Positions 37,624-46,983 of a stretch of 51,581 nt of DNA are shown here, in pieces. The notes below the pieces were generated by a model. That model did no database searches. It was given only the letters and a program-made list of their open reading frames with translations, and was not told where the DNA came from. The DNA is from Candidatus Anstonellales archaeon (GTDB lineage Archaea > Micrarchaeota > Micrarchaeia > Anstonellales > J096). How positions within the stretch are numbered: the first letter of the stretch is position 1; each line of letters opens with the position of its first letter. Location: contig JAWAFI010000004.1 of NCBI GenBank assembly GCA_038890615.1, positions 1-51,581 on the forward strand, written 5' to 3'. A program made the translations under genes and the position numbers.

Positions 37624-38151
37624 ATGGGCACTATTTTGGAATATTTTTCCAAAGCATCTGAAATCCTTAAAAAGAAAAACGGCAGGGATATGCGCGCACT
37701 TAACGACGATATTTTGAATGAGGCAATAGTCAATTTTAGCCCTGAAATGTACAGGATGGCAACCTTAACCTATGTTCTTTCTAAGATATTGAGCAAGCCC
37801 CGTTTCATACAGCATGCCTACTCAAAATTCTTTTACGAGATTTCAGAAGCGCTTGACAGAGGAGCAAGATCAAAAAATCTTCTTGCTGCACTTGATGAAA
37901 CTGAAAAAATTGTTGAGATGATGGATCACAAGGACAAGCGTTTTGTAAGGAGCTTGATTGACAAAGGGAAGGTGAAGATGGCTGCTGTGCTTTATGCAAA
38001 AGGGATGTCACTTGGAATGGCCTCCCAGCTTACAGGTGTTGACAAGCAGGAGATCCTTTCATATGCAGGCCAAACAATGATGTTTGACAGGGTCAAGGAA
38101 GAAGTTGGCTTGCGCCAAAGGGTAAAGGCAGCAGAGGGGTTGATAGAATGA
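37624..38151 (+). CDS. Hypothetical protein with a C-terminal HTH-like motif
   Basis: LYAKGMSLGMASQLTGVDKQEILSY; ATGA overlap with the PIN gene. Confidence 0.7.
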   Translation: MGTILEYFSKASEILKKKNGRDMRALNDDILNEAIVNFSPEMYRMATLTYVLSKILSKPRFIQHAYSKFFYEISEALDRGARSKNLLAALDETEKIVEMMDHKDKRFVRSLIDKGKVKMAAVLYAKGMSLGMASQLTGVDKQEILSYAGQTMMFDRVKEEVGLRQRVKAAEGLIE

Positions 38152-38819
38152 GCGAGATCCTCTGCGATTCCTCTTCTATAATAGCCCTTACTACCTCCTG
38201 CTTGGACAATGTGCTGCCTTTCTTAAATAAGCACGGCATAGATTTCATAGTGCCCTCTTTTGTAAAGTTTGAGATGGTTGAGAGGCCGCTTCGCATAGAA
38301 TCAAAGCCCTACCACATGTCAGCCCTTAAGATAAGGAGGCTCATAGAAACCAAAGTTCTCTTATTGGTTGATGCTAAAGAGGATCCTCTTGCTGACGAAA
38401 TTCTTTCCTATTCCAATTCCCTGCTAAAAGCAAAAGGGAAGTACATACACCTTGTGGACAAGGGGGAAGCAGCAATGATAGCAATGGCAAGGCGGCTTGG
38501 CATAAAAAACATACTAATGGATGAAAGGACTACGAGAATGGTAATAGAGGCACCTTATAAGCTGAAGGAGCATTTGGAGGCAGAGCTCCGCACAAAGGTA
38601 GACATAGAAGAAAGCTCGTTGCGCGAAATAAAGGACATTACCAAAGAGATGAAGGTTTTCAGGAGCTCAGAAATGGTTTACCTTGCTTACAAGCACGGCT
38701 TCTTCAGGGAGTGGAATGAAGCTGAGAAAGAGATAGCAGAGGCAGCCCTCTACCGTGTAAAATATGATGGATGCAGCATTGGCTTTGATGAGCTCAAGGA
38801 GTACGGAGACCTCCTATGA
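38148..38819 (+). CDS. PIN-domain protein
   Basis: ILCDSSSII, VKFE, DKGEAAMIAMA and ILMDE acidic motif set. Confidence 0.75.
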   Translation: MSEILCDSSSIIALTTSCLDNVLPFLNKHGIDFIVPSFVKFEMVERPLRIESKPYHMSALKIRRLIETKVLLLVDAKEDPLADEILSYSNSLLKAKGKYIHLVDKGEAAMIAMARRLGIKNILMDERTTRMVIEAPYKLKEHLEAELRTKVDIEESSLREIKDITKEMKVFRSSEMVYLAYKHGFFREWNEAEKEIAEAALYRVKYDGCSIGFDELKEYGDLL

Positions 38820-39481
38820 GCAAAACCCCAAAGGTTATCTGCGACAGCCGTGAAGATCCTGAGCTGATAGAGTTCATTAGGGACAGGGCAGATGTTGAGG
38901 TAAGGCAACTAAGCATAGGAGATTTCATTATAGGGGAAGTTGCGATAGAGCGAAAGACGAGGCAGGATTTTGAGGCATCTGTAATTGATGGCAGGCTTTT
39001 CAGGCAGCTTGCCGAGATGAAGAACGCATATAAAAAGTGCATCCTAATCATAGAGGGAGAAACTTCTTCTTCAATTCTGAAGCGTGAGGCCCTTCTTGGA
39101 GCTTATTCAAGCATAGTGGCTGATTTTTCAATTCCACTTATTTTCACCAGAGACAGGATTTCAACTGCTGATTTCCTAATCGCTGTTGCCAAGCACGAGC
39201 TTAGGGGCAGGCATATCCCGCGCATTGCAGAAAAAAGGGCGCTCACTGTTTCAGAAAGCGCAGTTGCCTCCCTTGAGCAGGCCCCTATGATAGGGCCTAA
39301 AATGGCACGGAGCCTTCTTCTGCATTTCGGCTCGCTTCATAGCATTGTGAACGCTCCTGAGGATGAGCTTGCAAAGGTTGATGGCATAGGCCCAAAAAGG
39401 GCCAAGGCAATTTTCCGCTTTTTCAGGGCAAACTATTTAAAAGAGGAAGACCGCTACATTGGTGAGGCGGATGATTCTTGA
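38816..39481 (+). CDS. XPF/ERCC4 structure-specific nuclease (short form, with HhH2)
   Basis: CDSRE, GDFII, IERKT..DF, GRLFRQ; two HhH motifs (PMIGPK, DGIGPKRA). Confidence 0.9.
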   Translation: MSKTPKVICDSREDPELIEFIRDRADVEVRQLSIGDFIIGEVAIERKTRQDFEASVIDGRLFRQLAEMKNAYKKCILIIEGETSSSILKREALLGAYSSIVADFSIPLIFTRDRISTADFLIAVAKHELRGRHIPRIAEKRALTVSESAVASLEQAPMIGPKMARSLLLHFGSLHSIVNAPEDELAKVDGIGPKRAKAIFRFFRANYLKEEDRYIGEADDS

Positions 39482-40280
39482 CTTTGGCAGCTTTTCCGTA
39501 GGGCTTGAGCAGAAGGCGGACATAGTTTTTGTAAGCCATGCCCACAGCGACCACTTGGTTCGCAAAGCTTCCAGAATAATAGCAAGCCCTGAAACCGTTC
39601 ACTTGGCAGGCCTTCCTGACTCTTATTTTTCCTCCCCTGAGCTGCGCATGGCTAATGCCGGCCACATTCTTGGGGCGAGGCAGCTTGTTGCTGACTTGGA
39701 CGGGGAGCGCCTTGTTTATACAGGCGATTTCCAGATGAAGGATAATATAATCACAAAAGCAGCAGAAGTAGTTGAATGCGACACACTGCTATTGGATGGC
39801 ACTTACAAGAACTTGGATGCGAAGTTCCCGGATCCATTCGAAGTATATGATGAGATGGTGAAATGGATAAACCAGAACCAAAACTCAAGCATAATAATAG
39901 GCGCCAACGCAGTAGGCAAGGCACAGGAGATAATAATGGCGCTCAATGAAGCAGGCATAGAGCCTGTTGTCTCTTCATATGTTTCGCGCTTCACTGAAAA
40001 ATACCGCGAGCTAGGGATCAACCTGCGCACCTCAAAAATAGAAGAAGTTGGCAAGGATTTTGTTGCAATAACAAGGTTGCATAGCTCAACGAAGCAGTTT
40101 GCCTTCTCCCTTTCCCAACTATATGGAAAAAAGTTCATTTCAGCGATAGCCACTGGGCTTGCAGCAAGATTTGAGTTCCCTGCACACAGGTGCTTCTTGC
40201 TGAGCAACCATGCAGACAAGGAAGGGATAGAAGATTACATAAACAGGAGTGGAGCAAAGAGAGTTGAATTTTTCTGCTAG
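39471..40280 (+). CDS. MBL-fold (beta-CASP-like) nuclease
   Basis: SHAHSDH, AGHILGA, YTGD, GKAQE, SNHAD; ATG 39471 with GGTGAGG upstream. Confidence 0.85.
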   Translation: MILDFGSFSVGLEQKADIVFVSHAHSDHLVRKASRIIASPETVHLAGLPDSYFSSPELRMANAGHILGARQLVADLDGERLVYTGDFQMKDNIITKAAEVVECDTLLLDGTYKNLDAKFPDPFEVYDEMVKWINQNQNSSIIIGANAVGKAQEIIMALNEAGIEPVVSSYVSRFTEKYRELGINLRTSKIEEVGKDFVAITRLHSSTKQFAFSLSQLYGKKFISAIATGLAARFEFPAHRCFLLSNHADKEGIEDYINRSGAKRVEFFC

Positions 40281-41239
40281 CCTTTTCTGCTTGCCAAGTA
40301 AGCTAAGAATGCTTCCAGCTGTATCCTTTCATCAGCCCCTTCCACGAGCCTGAAGTTTATTTCCCCTAATCTATCCATAAGGAATGCTTTTTCCCTCTCA
40401 TTTACGAGTTCAGAAGAAACTATTTCAGTGTAAATCTGGTACACTATGTCTTCTCCGCTAAGCCCGTATTTTACCATTAGCGTGTTGAGCTCCTTTCTTG
40501 CTTCCTCAAATTTTCCTGCTAGGGCTTTTGCCATCATGTCTTTTATCTCCTTTGGCCTTGCCTTTGCGCTTATCTTGTATATAAGGTCTTCCTCAATCGT
40601 TTTGCCGTGCATTGCAGCGCTCTGGAGCACATTGATTGCCCTTCTCATATCTCCTTCGCTTACATAGCAAAGCGCATCAACACCCTTGCTGCTTATTTTT
40701 AGCCCTTCCTTTTCGCATATATCTCTTATCACCTGCTTAATCTCTTCTTCCTTTAGCGGAGCATATCTAAACACTGAAGTCCTGCTTTGTATTGGCTCTA
40801 TTATTCGCGAAGAGTAGTTTGCGCTTAGTATGAACCTGGTGATTTCTGAATACATTTCCATTGTCCTTCTAAGCGCGTTCTGCGCATCAGCTGTTAAAGC
40901 ATCTGCTTCGTCCAAGAATATGATTTTGAACTTCACATCCGAAAGCGCCAAGCTCCTTGCAAAATCCTTTATCTCTCCTCTAACTACGTTTATGCCCCTG
41001 TCATCGCTTGCGTTGAGCTCCAAGAAGTTTCCCCTTATGTCATCATAGAGCTCATGGGCAAGCGCAAGGGCTGCCGTAGTTTTGCCTGTGCCTGGAGGGC
41101 CTGCAAATAGAAGGTGCGGCATGTTCTTTGCTTTTACAAATCCCTTCAGCACCTTCACTACTTCCTCCTGCCCCACTATTTCATCCAGTTTTTTTGGCCT
41201 GTATTTCTCAGTCCAAGGAGTAAAATCTGTGACTTCCAT
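40277..41239 (-). CDS. rfcS: Replication factor C small subunit
   Basis: PWTEKYRP, GPPGTGKT, ELNASDDRG, FLDEAD, IIEPIQSR. Confidence 0.97.
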   Translation of the reverse strand: MEVTDFTPWTEKYRPKKLDEIVGQEEVVKVLKGFVKAKNMPHLLFAGPPGTGKTTAALALAHELYDDIRGNFLELNASDDRGINVVRGEIKDFARSLALSDVKFKIIFLDEADALTADAQNALRRTMEMYSEITRFILSANYSSRIIEPIQSRTSVFRYAPLKEEEIKQVIRDICEKEGLKISSKGVDALCYVSEGDMRRAINVLQSAAMHGKTIEEDLIYKISAKARPKEIKDMMAKALAGKFEEARKELNTLMVKYGLSGEDIVYQIYTEIVSSELVNEREKAFLMDRLGEINFRLVEGADERIQLEAFLAYLASRKG

Positions 41240-41268
41240 AATAATGCAACTCATTTTTATATTTAAGT

Positions 41269-41527
41269 GTGGGCATCCCGGATAGCTGGTGCCTCCCTAT
41301 GCAGAGCCTTCTCCCATTGCCTCCCTGCTCTTGTCTTCCAAGCACGCTGTCTGCAGCTTAGGGCTGCTCCTTTCGGCCTGACCCGTTTCACTGCAGAAAG
41401 CGCCGTGAAAGGGAGCAGATCCACAGCTCCGGGAGGGGATGCATTGAAAGGCATTCAACACCCCGGGCATTCGGCCCGCCTGAAGGGGATTTGCGGTAAA
41501 GGGCCCCCTAGCCCCAGCCTAGCCCAC
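41269..41527 (-). ncRNA. ffs: Signal recognition particle (7S) RNA
   Basis: Terminal helix GUGGGC/GCCCAC, 5' Alu-like domain, long helix 5, helix 8 motif GGGUCAGGCC-GAAA-GGAGCAGCCC. Confidence 0.93.
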
Positions 41528-41655
41528 GTTATTTACAAGCTTATATATATTTTTATATGTTTTGGGAATTGTTTCATAAGGGGTTTTTGGGGCTTTAGGC
41601 TCTTCCAGAGCATAAAAAAGATACTTTTTTATATATTATTTTGCATCAACTTTGC

Positions 41656-43929
41656 ATGAACATTAGCAGTCATCTTCCATTATTCTTGCTGGTTTTTAGC
41701 TTTGTCCTATTAAGCTTTGTGGAAGCAGCACAGTACGAATGCCAAATAAGCCCTTCTTCTGCTTCAATGGAGTTTGGTTCTTCGCTTGATTTTCAAGTGA
41801 CTTGCAACGGCCAAAGTTGCGGACTAAAGACATACATGCTTGATTTGCCTTCTTTTCTGAAAAAGACATATTCCTCTCCTGATGGCTTTGGGATAACCAC
41901 TTCTTCAACTGCAGAGGGGGGTGATGGGGGCAGGATATATTTCTCTGGAGCAAATAACCAAGGAGACAAATTTCAGTGCTCAGCTGAAATTCTTATAGAG
42001 GACAAACATAAAACAGAGTGCATCATTCCTACTATAAATGCTCCTGGAACGGCAGCTGTAAATCTAGTTTGCTTTGACAATCATTTGCCGAACCAATGCT
42101 CAGAAACCCTGCTAAGCCCTTTCTCATGGATAGTGAGCCCAGATTCATCAGGAGTTTCAATAACGTTTAGGGATCCTTACTATTCTTCTGCAACAATAAC
42201 AGCTGATGAAAGTGCAGTGAACAAAAAAGTGGAGGTTGTTGGCAGGGATAAGGACAACAACTTGTTTTCTTGCTATACAGCAATTTTGCCTCTTTATAAG
42301 AAGTCAGAGAAGTGCCTCATATTCCCAAAATCTTACATATTGTCCCCTCCTTCAATAACCTACTCAGCAACATGCATGGACACTATTACTAACTTATTAA
42401 GGCCCTGCTCCAAAACCCATACATTCAAAGCATTTGGTTATTCCCAATCCTCATTTTCTGAGCTTACCCTGCCCTTGCTAAGGCAGGGAAAAGAACCTAA
42501 CGCTGGCTACTTATTGGTTTCAGATGACCAAGAGTGCTCATCTTATTTCCATTCCTTAATTTTTAATCCAGTGCTGCCTCCTAAGGAGCCACTGAGCTTG
42601 CAGTGCACAAAAGATTCAGATTGCCCTCCAAATAATATATGCATAGGCGGGAATTGTGTTTATATAACTAAAAGCTCATGTACCTTGAAGCTAGTAAAAT
42701 CCTTCAGCCACACAGATAGGGGCTCTTCTGCTCCAAGTCCTTTCCTAGGATCTTTAATAGAGATAAGGGACAAGCTTTATTTGGTAAATGTAGGATGGAT
42801 TAGCGTAATTGATATATCGCATCCTGATGACCCTCAATTCATGAAGCAAACCGCAACCTTAAATGCCTGCGGTGATGTAGATTTTCTAAGACCTGTTGGG
42901 ACAGGAGGGGGCGAATATTTTGAAGGTGACGACAAGCTCATAGTGCCTACCACCTGCTTGCATTATCAGGTTTGGGACATAGACAACCCTTCCCTCTCTC
43001 ATTGTTTTGGGGTAAGCAAGTCTCTACGCAATGTTTATTACAGGGCAATATTAGTAAGTTCTCAAGGGAACAGGTACCACCTTCATCCTCAGTGCAGAAT
43101 CCAAACCCCTAATGGAAATGTCTACGGAATTTGTTATACAAGGATAAACGATGAAGACTTAATCGCTGCAAAAACAGGGGAATTTGAAGAGTACTGCTCT
43201 ACTGATTCAAAAAGCATGCCTGATTTTGTGCCATGGCTTGACCACTCTGCATATGTGTTCGAGTCATTTAAGCACAACGGAAGGAGTTATTTGGCTTTAA
43301 ACACCGGAAGTATTTACTCAGAGAAAGGGTCATTTTTAGAGGTTTATGATGTAACTGATTTTCCGAATAATGTGATAAAGGTTTTTGAGAGGGATGTAGT
43401 TGGCAATGACATAGAATTCTATGGAGGAAAGCTGTATGTGCTTTCTTTAAAAGAAAGTGTTGATCCTCTTTGTTATGAGAACAAGACACCTAGGCCACCT
43501 TACCGCTGCCCTTCAGATATAGACTTGGGCAAAGGAGGCCTTTTTGTATATGATTTGAACACAAATGAGCTTGTAGGAAAATATACTCCTTCTCCTGAAG
43601 ATCCAGAAGTCTTTTATGGGTCTGCTTCTTCCTATGTTTTTGACCAATTAAAGGTAGATGGAAGGTATGCTTATGTGAGTTCTTTCAGCCGTTATGACCC
43701 TGATTTAAACAGGTATGTTACAGAAAGTTTAGGTATAATTGATCTAACAACAATGAAGCCTGTAAAGTCAATATCTGGGCTCTACGACAGCAATTATCAA
43801 GGAGATTACTTAGCCCCAATAGGATGGATTCATATACAAAAAGCTGGCCAAAAGACATACCTTTACTTGAACGGAGGCACAGGCTTTCCTGCTGGGGAAT
43901 TCCTTGTTTATTCAGTAGAATGCAAGTAA
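41656..43929 (+). CDS. Secreted protein: three Cys-rich Ig-like modules plus an LVIVD-like beta-propeller
   Basis: Signal peptide MNISSHLPLFLLVFSFVLLSFVEA. The N-terminal modules align by eye with the C-terminal half of 12614..14305. Blade-like motifs ISVIDISHP, LEVYDV, GLFVYDL, VDGRYAYV, LGIIDL. Confidence 0.8.
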   Translation: MNISSHLPLFLLVFSFVLLSFVEAAQYECQISPSSASMEFGSSLDFQVTCNGQSCGLKTYMLDLPSFLKKTYSSPDGFGITTSSTAEGGDGGRIYFSGANNQGDKFQCSAEILIEDKHKTECIIPTINAPGTAAVNLVCFDNHLPNQCSETLLSPFSWIVSPDSSGVSITFRDPYYSSATITADESAVNKKVEVVGRDKDNNLFSCYTAILPLYKKSEKCLIFPKSYILSPPSITYSATCMDTITNLLRPCSKTHTFKAFGYSQSSFSELTLPLLRQGKEPNAGYLLVSDDQECSSYFHSLIFNPVLPPKEPLSLQCTKDSDCPPNNICIGGNCVYITKSSCTLKLVKSFSHTDRGSSAPSPFLGSLIEIRDKLYLVNVGWISVIDISHPDDPQFMKQTATLNACGDVDFLRPVGTGGGEYFEGDDKLIVPTTCLHYQVWDIDNPSLSHCFGVSKSLRNVYYRAILVSSQGNRYHLHPQCRIQTPNGNVYGICYTRINDEDLIAAKTGEFEEYCSTDSKSMPDFVPWLDHSAYVFESFKHNGRSYLALNTGSIYSEKGSFLEVYDVTDFPNNVIKVFERDVVGNDIEFYGGKLYVLSLKESVDPLCYENKTPRPPYRCPSDIDLGKGGLFVYDLNTNELVGKYTPSPEDPEVFYGSASSYVFDQLKVDGRYAYVSSFSRYDPDLNRYVTESLGIIDLTTMKPVKSISGLYDSNYQGDYLAPIGWIHIQKAGQKTYLYLNGGTGFPAGEFLVYSVECK

Positions 43930-43944
43930 AAAAAGGAGTAAGAG

Positions 43945-46800
43945 TAGCTGTATGCTTAGCCCTTTAGTTGTGGCAGGCTGAAAAGCTCGCCGAAGCTTGC
44001 TTCTTACACCTCCACTCTATCTAACCCATCTGCTATGGGCGGGCTATGGTGCGTCGTCTTGGGAATGGCTTCGAGCTTAGATGCTTTCAGCTCTTATCCA
44101 TGTGGGGCGTAGCTGCCCGGCGCCCCCTTTTGAAGGACCGGTAAACCAGTGGCCCCGAAACCTCGTTCCTCTCGTACTAAAGGTTCCTTACCCTCACGCA
44201 CCAACGCTCCTAGCAGATACTACCGTACTGTCTCGCGACGTACTGAACCCAGCTCATGTGGGTCTTTAATGGATGAACAACCCAACCCTTGGCCGCTCCT
44301 GCACGACCAGGATGACCCAAGCCGACAGCGATGTACCAAACCGCGGGGTCGATGTGTACTCTCACCCGCGACGAGCCTGTTACCCCCGGGGTAACTTGTC
44401 TGCCAGATTAGGGCCTCATCACAAGGCCTCTAATGTTCTCTAGGCCCCTCTTTCGAGCCTGCATCCCACGCTTTTAGGGATACAGTCAGCCCTGCATTTG
44501 TCCTTCGCCCTCTACGGCGGATTTCTGACCCGCCTGAGCAGAGCATAGGGCACCCTTGTTGCTTTTTCGAGGGTGTACCGCCCCAGCCGAACTACCCATC
44601 TGCTGCTGTCCATTTCTGTGAGTAGCACAAACAGAACTAAGTGGTGTTTCACTTTCCCCTCCGCAGCTCCCGGAAGAACTGCATCGACGGGTCCCACTTA
44701 CTCTCGGTAGCCCCGCTCGTACTACAACAACAGACTGTAGTGAAGCTCCACGGGGTCTTCGTTTCCCGCTAGGAGTCCCCGGCATCTTCACCGGGCAGTG
44801 ATTTCACCAGGTCCAAACTAGGGACAGTGGGAGAGTCGTTACGCCATTCATGCAAGCCGCCAATTAAGCGGCGAGGTATTACGCTACCTTAAGAGGGTCA
44901 GAGTTACCCCCGCTCTTTACCAGCCCTTCTTCCCCTTGGATGGGGCTTTCAGGTACTGGCAGTGAGCAGGCGTCAGCCACCGTACACAGCCTTTCGGCTT
45001 TGCGGTGACCTGTGTTTTTGGTAAACAGTCGCTCTCCCCTTGTTACTGAGACCTGCCCTTTCAACAAGAGCAGGCACCCCTTCTCCTATAAGTTACGGGG
45101 CCAACATGCCGAATTCCCTTAGTCTGGTTCTCCTGACTCGCCTTAGCCTTCTCAGCTAGGGGCACCTGTACTGGTTCTTGGTACGAGCATTAAGGTTCGC
45201 TTTCTGCGTCCTTTTCAAGGGCTCCTGGCCTCAGGCAACTTGCGTGATTGGGCCTTTAGTCGGCTTCTCCTCATTATGAGACTCGACTGACCTATGGCCC
45301 TTCAACAGCAGAGCTGCTTGCCCTAGCCGGAAGCGTCAGACACAGAACTTTCTGTTGCCAGACCTACCTTAATGGGACAGGAATATTAACCTGTTTCCCT
45401 TTCGGACTTTCGGATTTACCTGAGTCCTTAGGATCGCCTAACCCTTGGCTGACAAACGTTGCCAAGGAACCCTTGCCCCTTCGGCGCCATGGATTCTCAC
45501 CATGGAATCGCTGCTACTAACACCAAGATATTTATTCCGACTGAGTCCACAAGAGCTCACGCCCTTGCTTCTGCCCCAGCCGGACACTCCCCTACTCCAA
45601 TCCTTTCGGATGGGCTAGGTATCGGGAGTTGGCTTAGTCCCGTGTATTTTGGGATCCTGTTTCCTAGGTTGGTCCGCTATTACGCGTTGCTTAGAGGATG
45701 GCTGCTTCTAAGCCTACCTCCCAACTGTATTAGGAAAGAAGATCCTTCCGAACACTTAGCCAACATTTAGGGCCCTTAACCCAGCGTACGGTCGTTTCCG
45801 TAAGGGCTTACAGGCTTACCCCGTAAAACCCGACTGCCGCCTTCTACGGAGCTAGTATGTTCGGAGTTTGAAAGGAAAGTGACCCCTTTCGAGGCCATTA
45901 TTTCCTATCAGTGCTCTACCATACCACCGTCCTCCAGCGACGCTGTCCTGAGAGACATTTCGGAGAGAACCCGCTATCCCCTGGTTCGAGTGGCCTATCA
46001 CCCCTAGACCAGTCTCACCTAAGCAGATATACTAGCACTAGTTGCTGGCCTCCACCACCTGTCAGGGTGGCTTAACCATGGACTGGTTTAGATCACCAGG
46101 ATTCGGGTCTGCTGTGTGTGATTAATCCCCAGTTAAGAGGACGCGCCTCGTTGCCTGCGCGCACTCGCTTTCGCTTCGCCTTTCGGCTCACCACACACAA
46201 TAACTCCTTGGCACTTGCTTCGAGAAGTACGTAAGAACACCGGTTCATGCGCATCGCTTTGCTCCTCTCGAAGCATCGCTTCTGCGCACTTCATTCCTTC
46301 CATGCCCTTACGAACTGTGACCATGCAGTTTCAGGTCCTTTTGACTCCGGTACCTCCGGAGCTTTTCAGCTTTCGCTCGCGCTACTAGTTCGCTATCGGT
46401 CTGCCTACGATATTTAGGCTTGGAAGATGATTCTCCCATCTTCATGCGCTCGTCCCGGAGCGCACTACTCAAGACCCTCTCCTCTTTCCTTCCCTTACAG
46501 GGCTTTCACCTCCTGTGGCGCTGCTTTCCAGCAGACTTCAGGTCAGAAAGAGGAATTCACATCTCCCTGAAAGTTGCCAATCAGGGATTCGGGATAGCCT
46601 TTTTGGGGTTCACTCGCGTTACTACCCAAATCTCTATTGATTTCTTTTCCTCCGGCTACTAAGATCCTTCTCTTCGCCGGGTGCTTGCCCTATCCTGGGT
46701 TCTCAGCTTGCGTGCAGCTAGCCCAGGCTTATCGCAGCTTGCCGCGGGGCAGATAGGCAGCCAAGCCATCCACTGCATGGTGTGAAGATGCATACAGCTA
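43945..46800 (-). rRNA. rrl: 23S rRNA, unlinked (ends approximate)
   Basis: Sarcin-ricin loop AGUACGAGAGGAAC, P-loop CUGGGGCGG, GAAGACCCCGUGGAGC, H69 region CUCUUAAGGUAGCG; complementary flanks 43941-43955 and 46790-46804. Confidence 0.97.
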
Positions 46801-46887
46801 CCCTTCATCCTCGTTAACATTCCTCCAACAGGAGCGAATGACATCTGCCCTAATTACACTAGGTAATAACCTATATCCAGGAATAGT

Positions 46888-46895
46888 TTTTTAAA
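46888..46895 (-). promoter_or_regulatory. TATA box of the 23S rRNA promoter
   Basis: TTTAAAAA on the minus strand about 90 nt upstream of the terminal stem. Confidence 0.4.
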
Positions 46896-46983
46896 GCTTT
46901 CCCAGACCTGACGGAGAATAGAGGAGATTTTTTTATTCATGAAGGTTCAAAAGCATTAAAAACTAACCACTAAATAAAATCTC

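Noticed and set aside
5489..41239. Inteins in RNAP subunits, RtcB, TopA, Lon or RFC
   Set aside because: All are at or below normal length with contiguous motifs.
41263..41659. 63-aa and 130-aa ORFs
   Set aside because: They overlap the SRP RNA and have no protein motifs.
46220..46320. Intron or large expansion in the 23S H25 region (GCATCGCTT occurs twice)
   Set aside because: It can be read as an ordinary variable helix; no ORF or BHB is evident.
44081..46844. Short ORFs in the track on both strands
   Set aside because: They lie inside the 23S rRNA gene.
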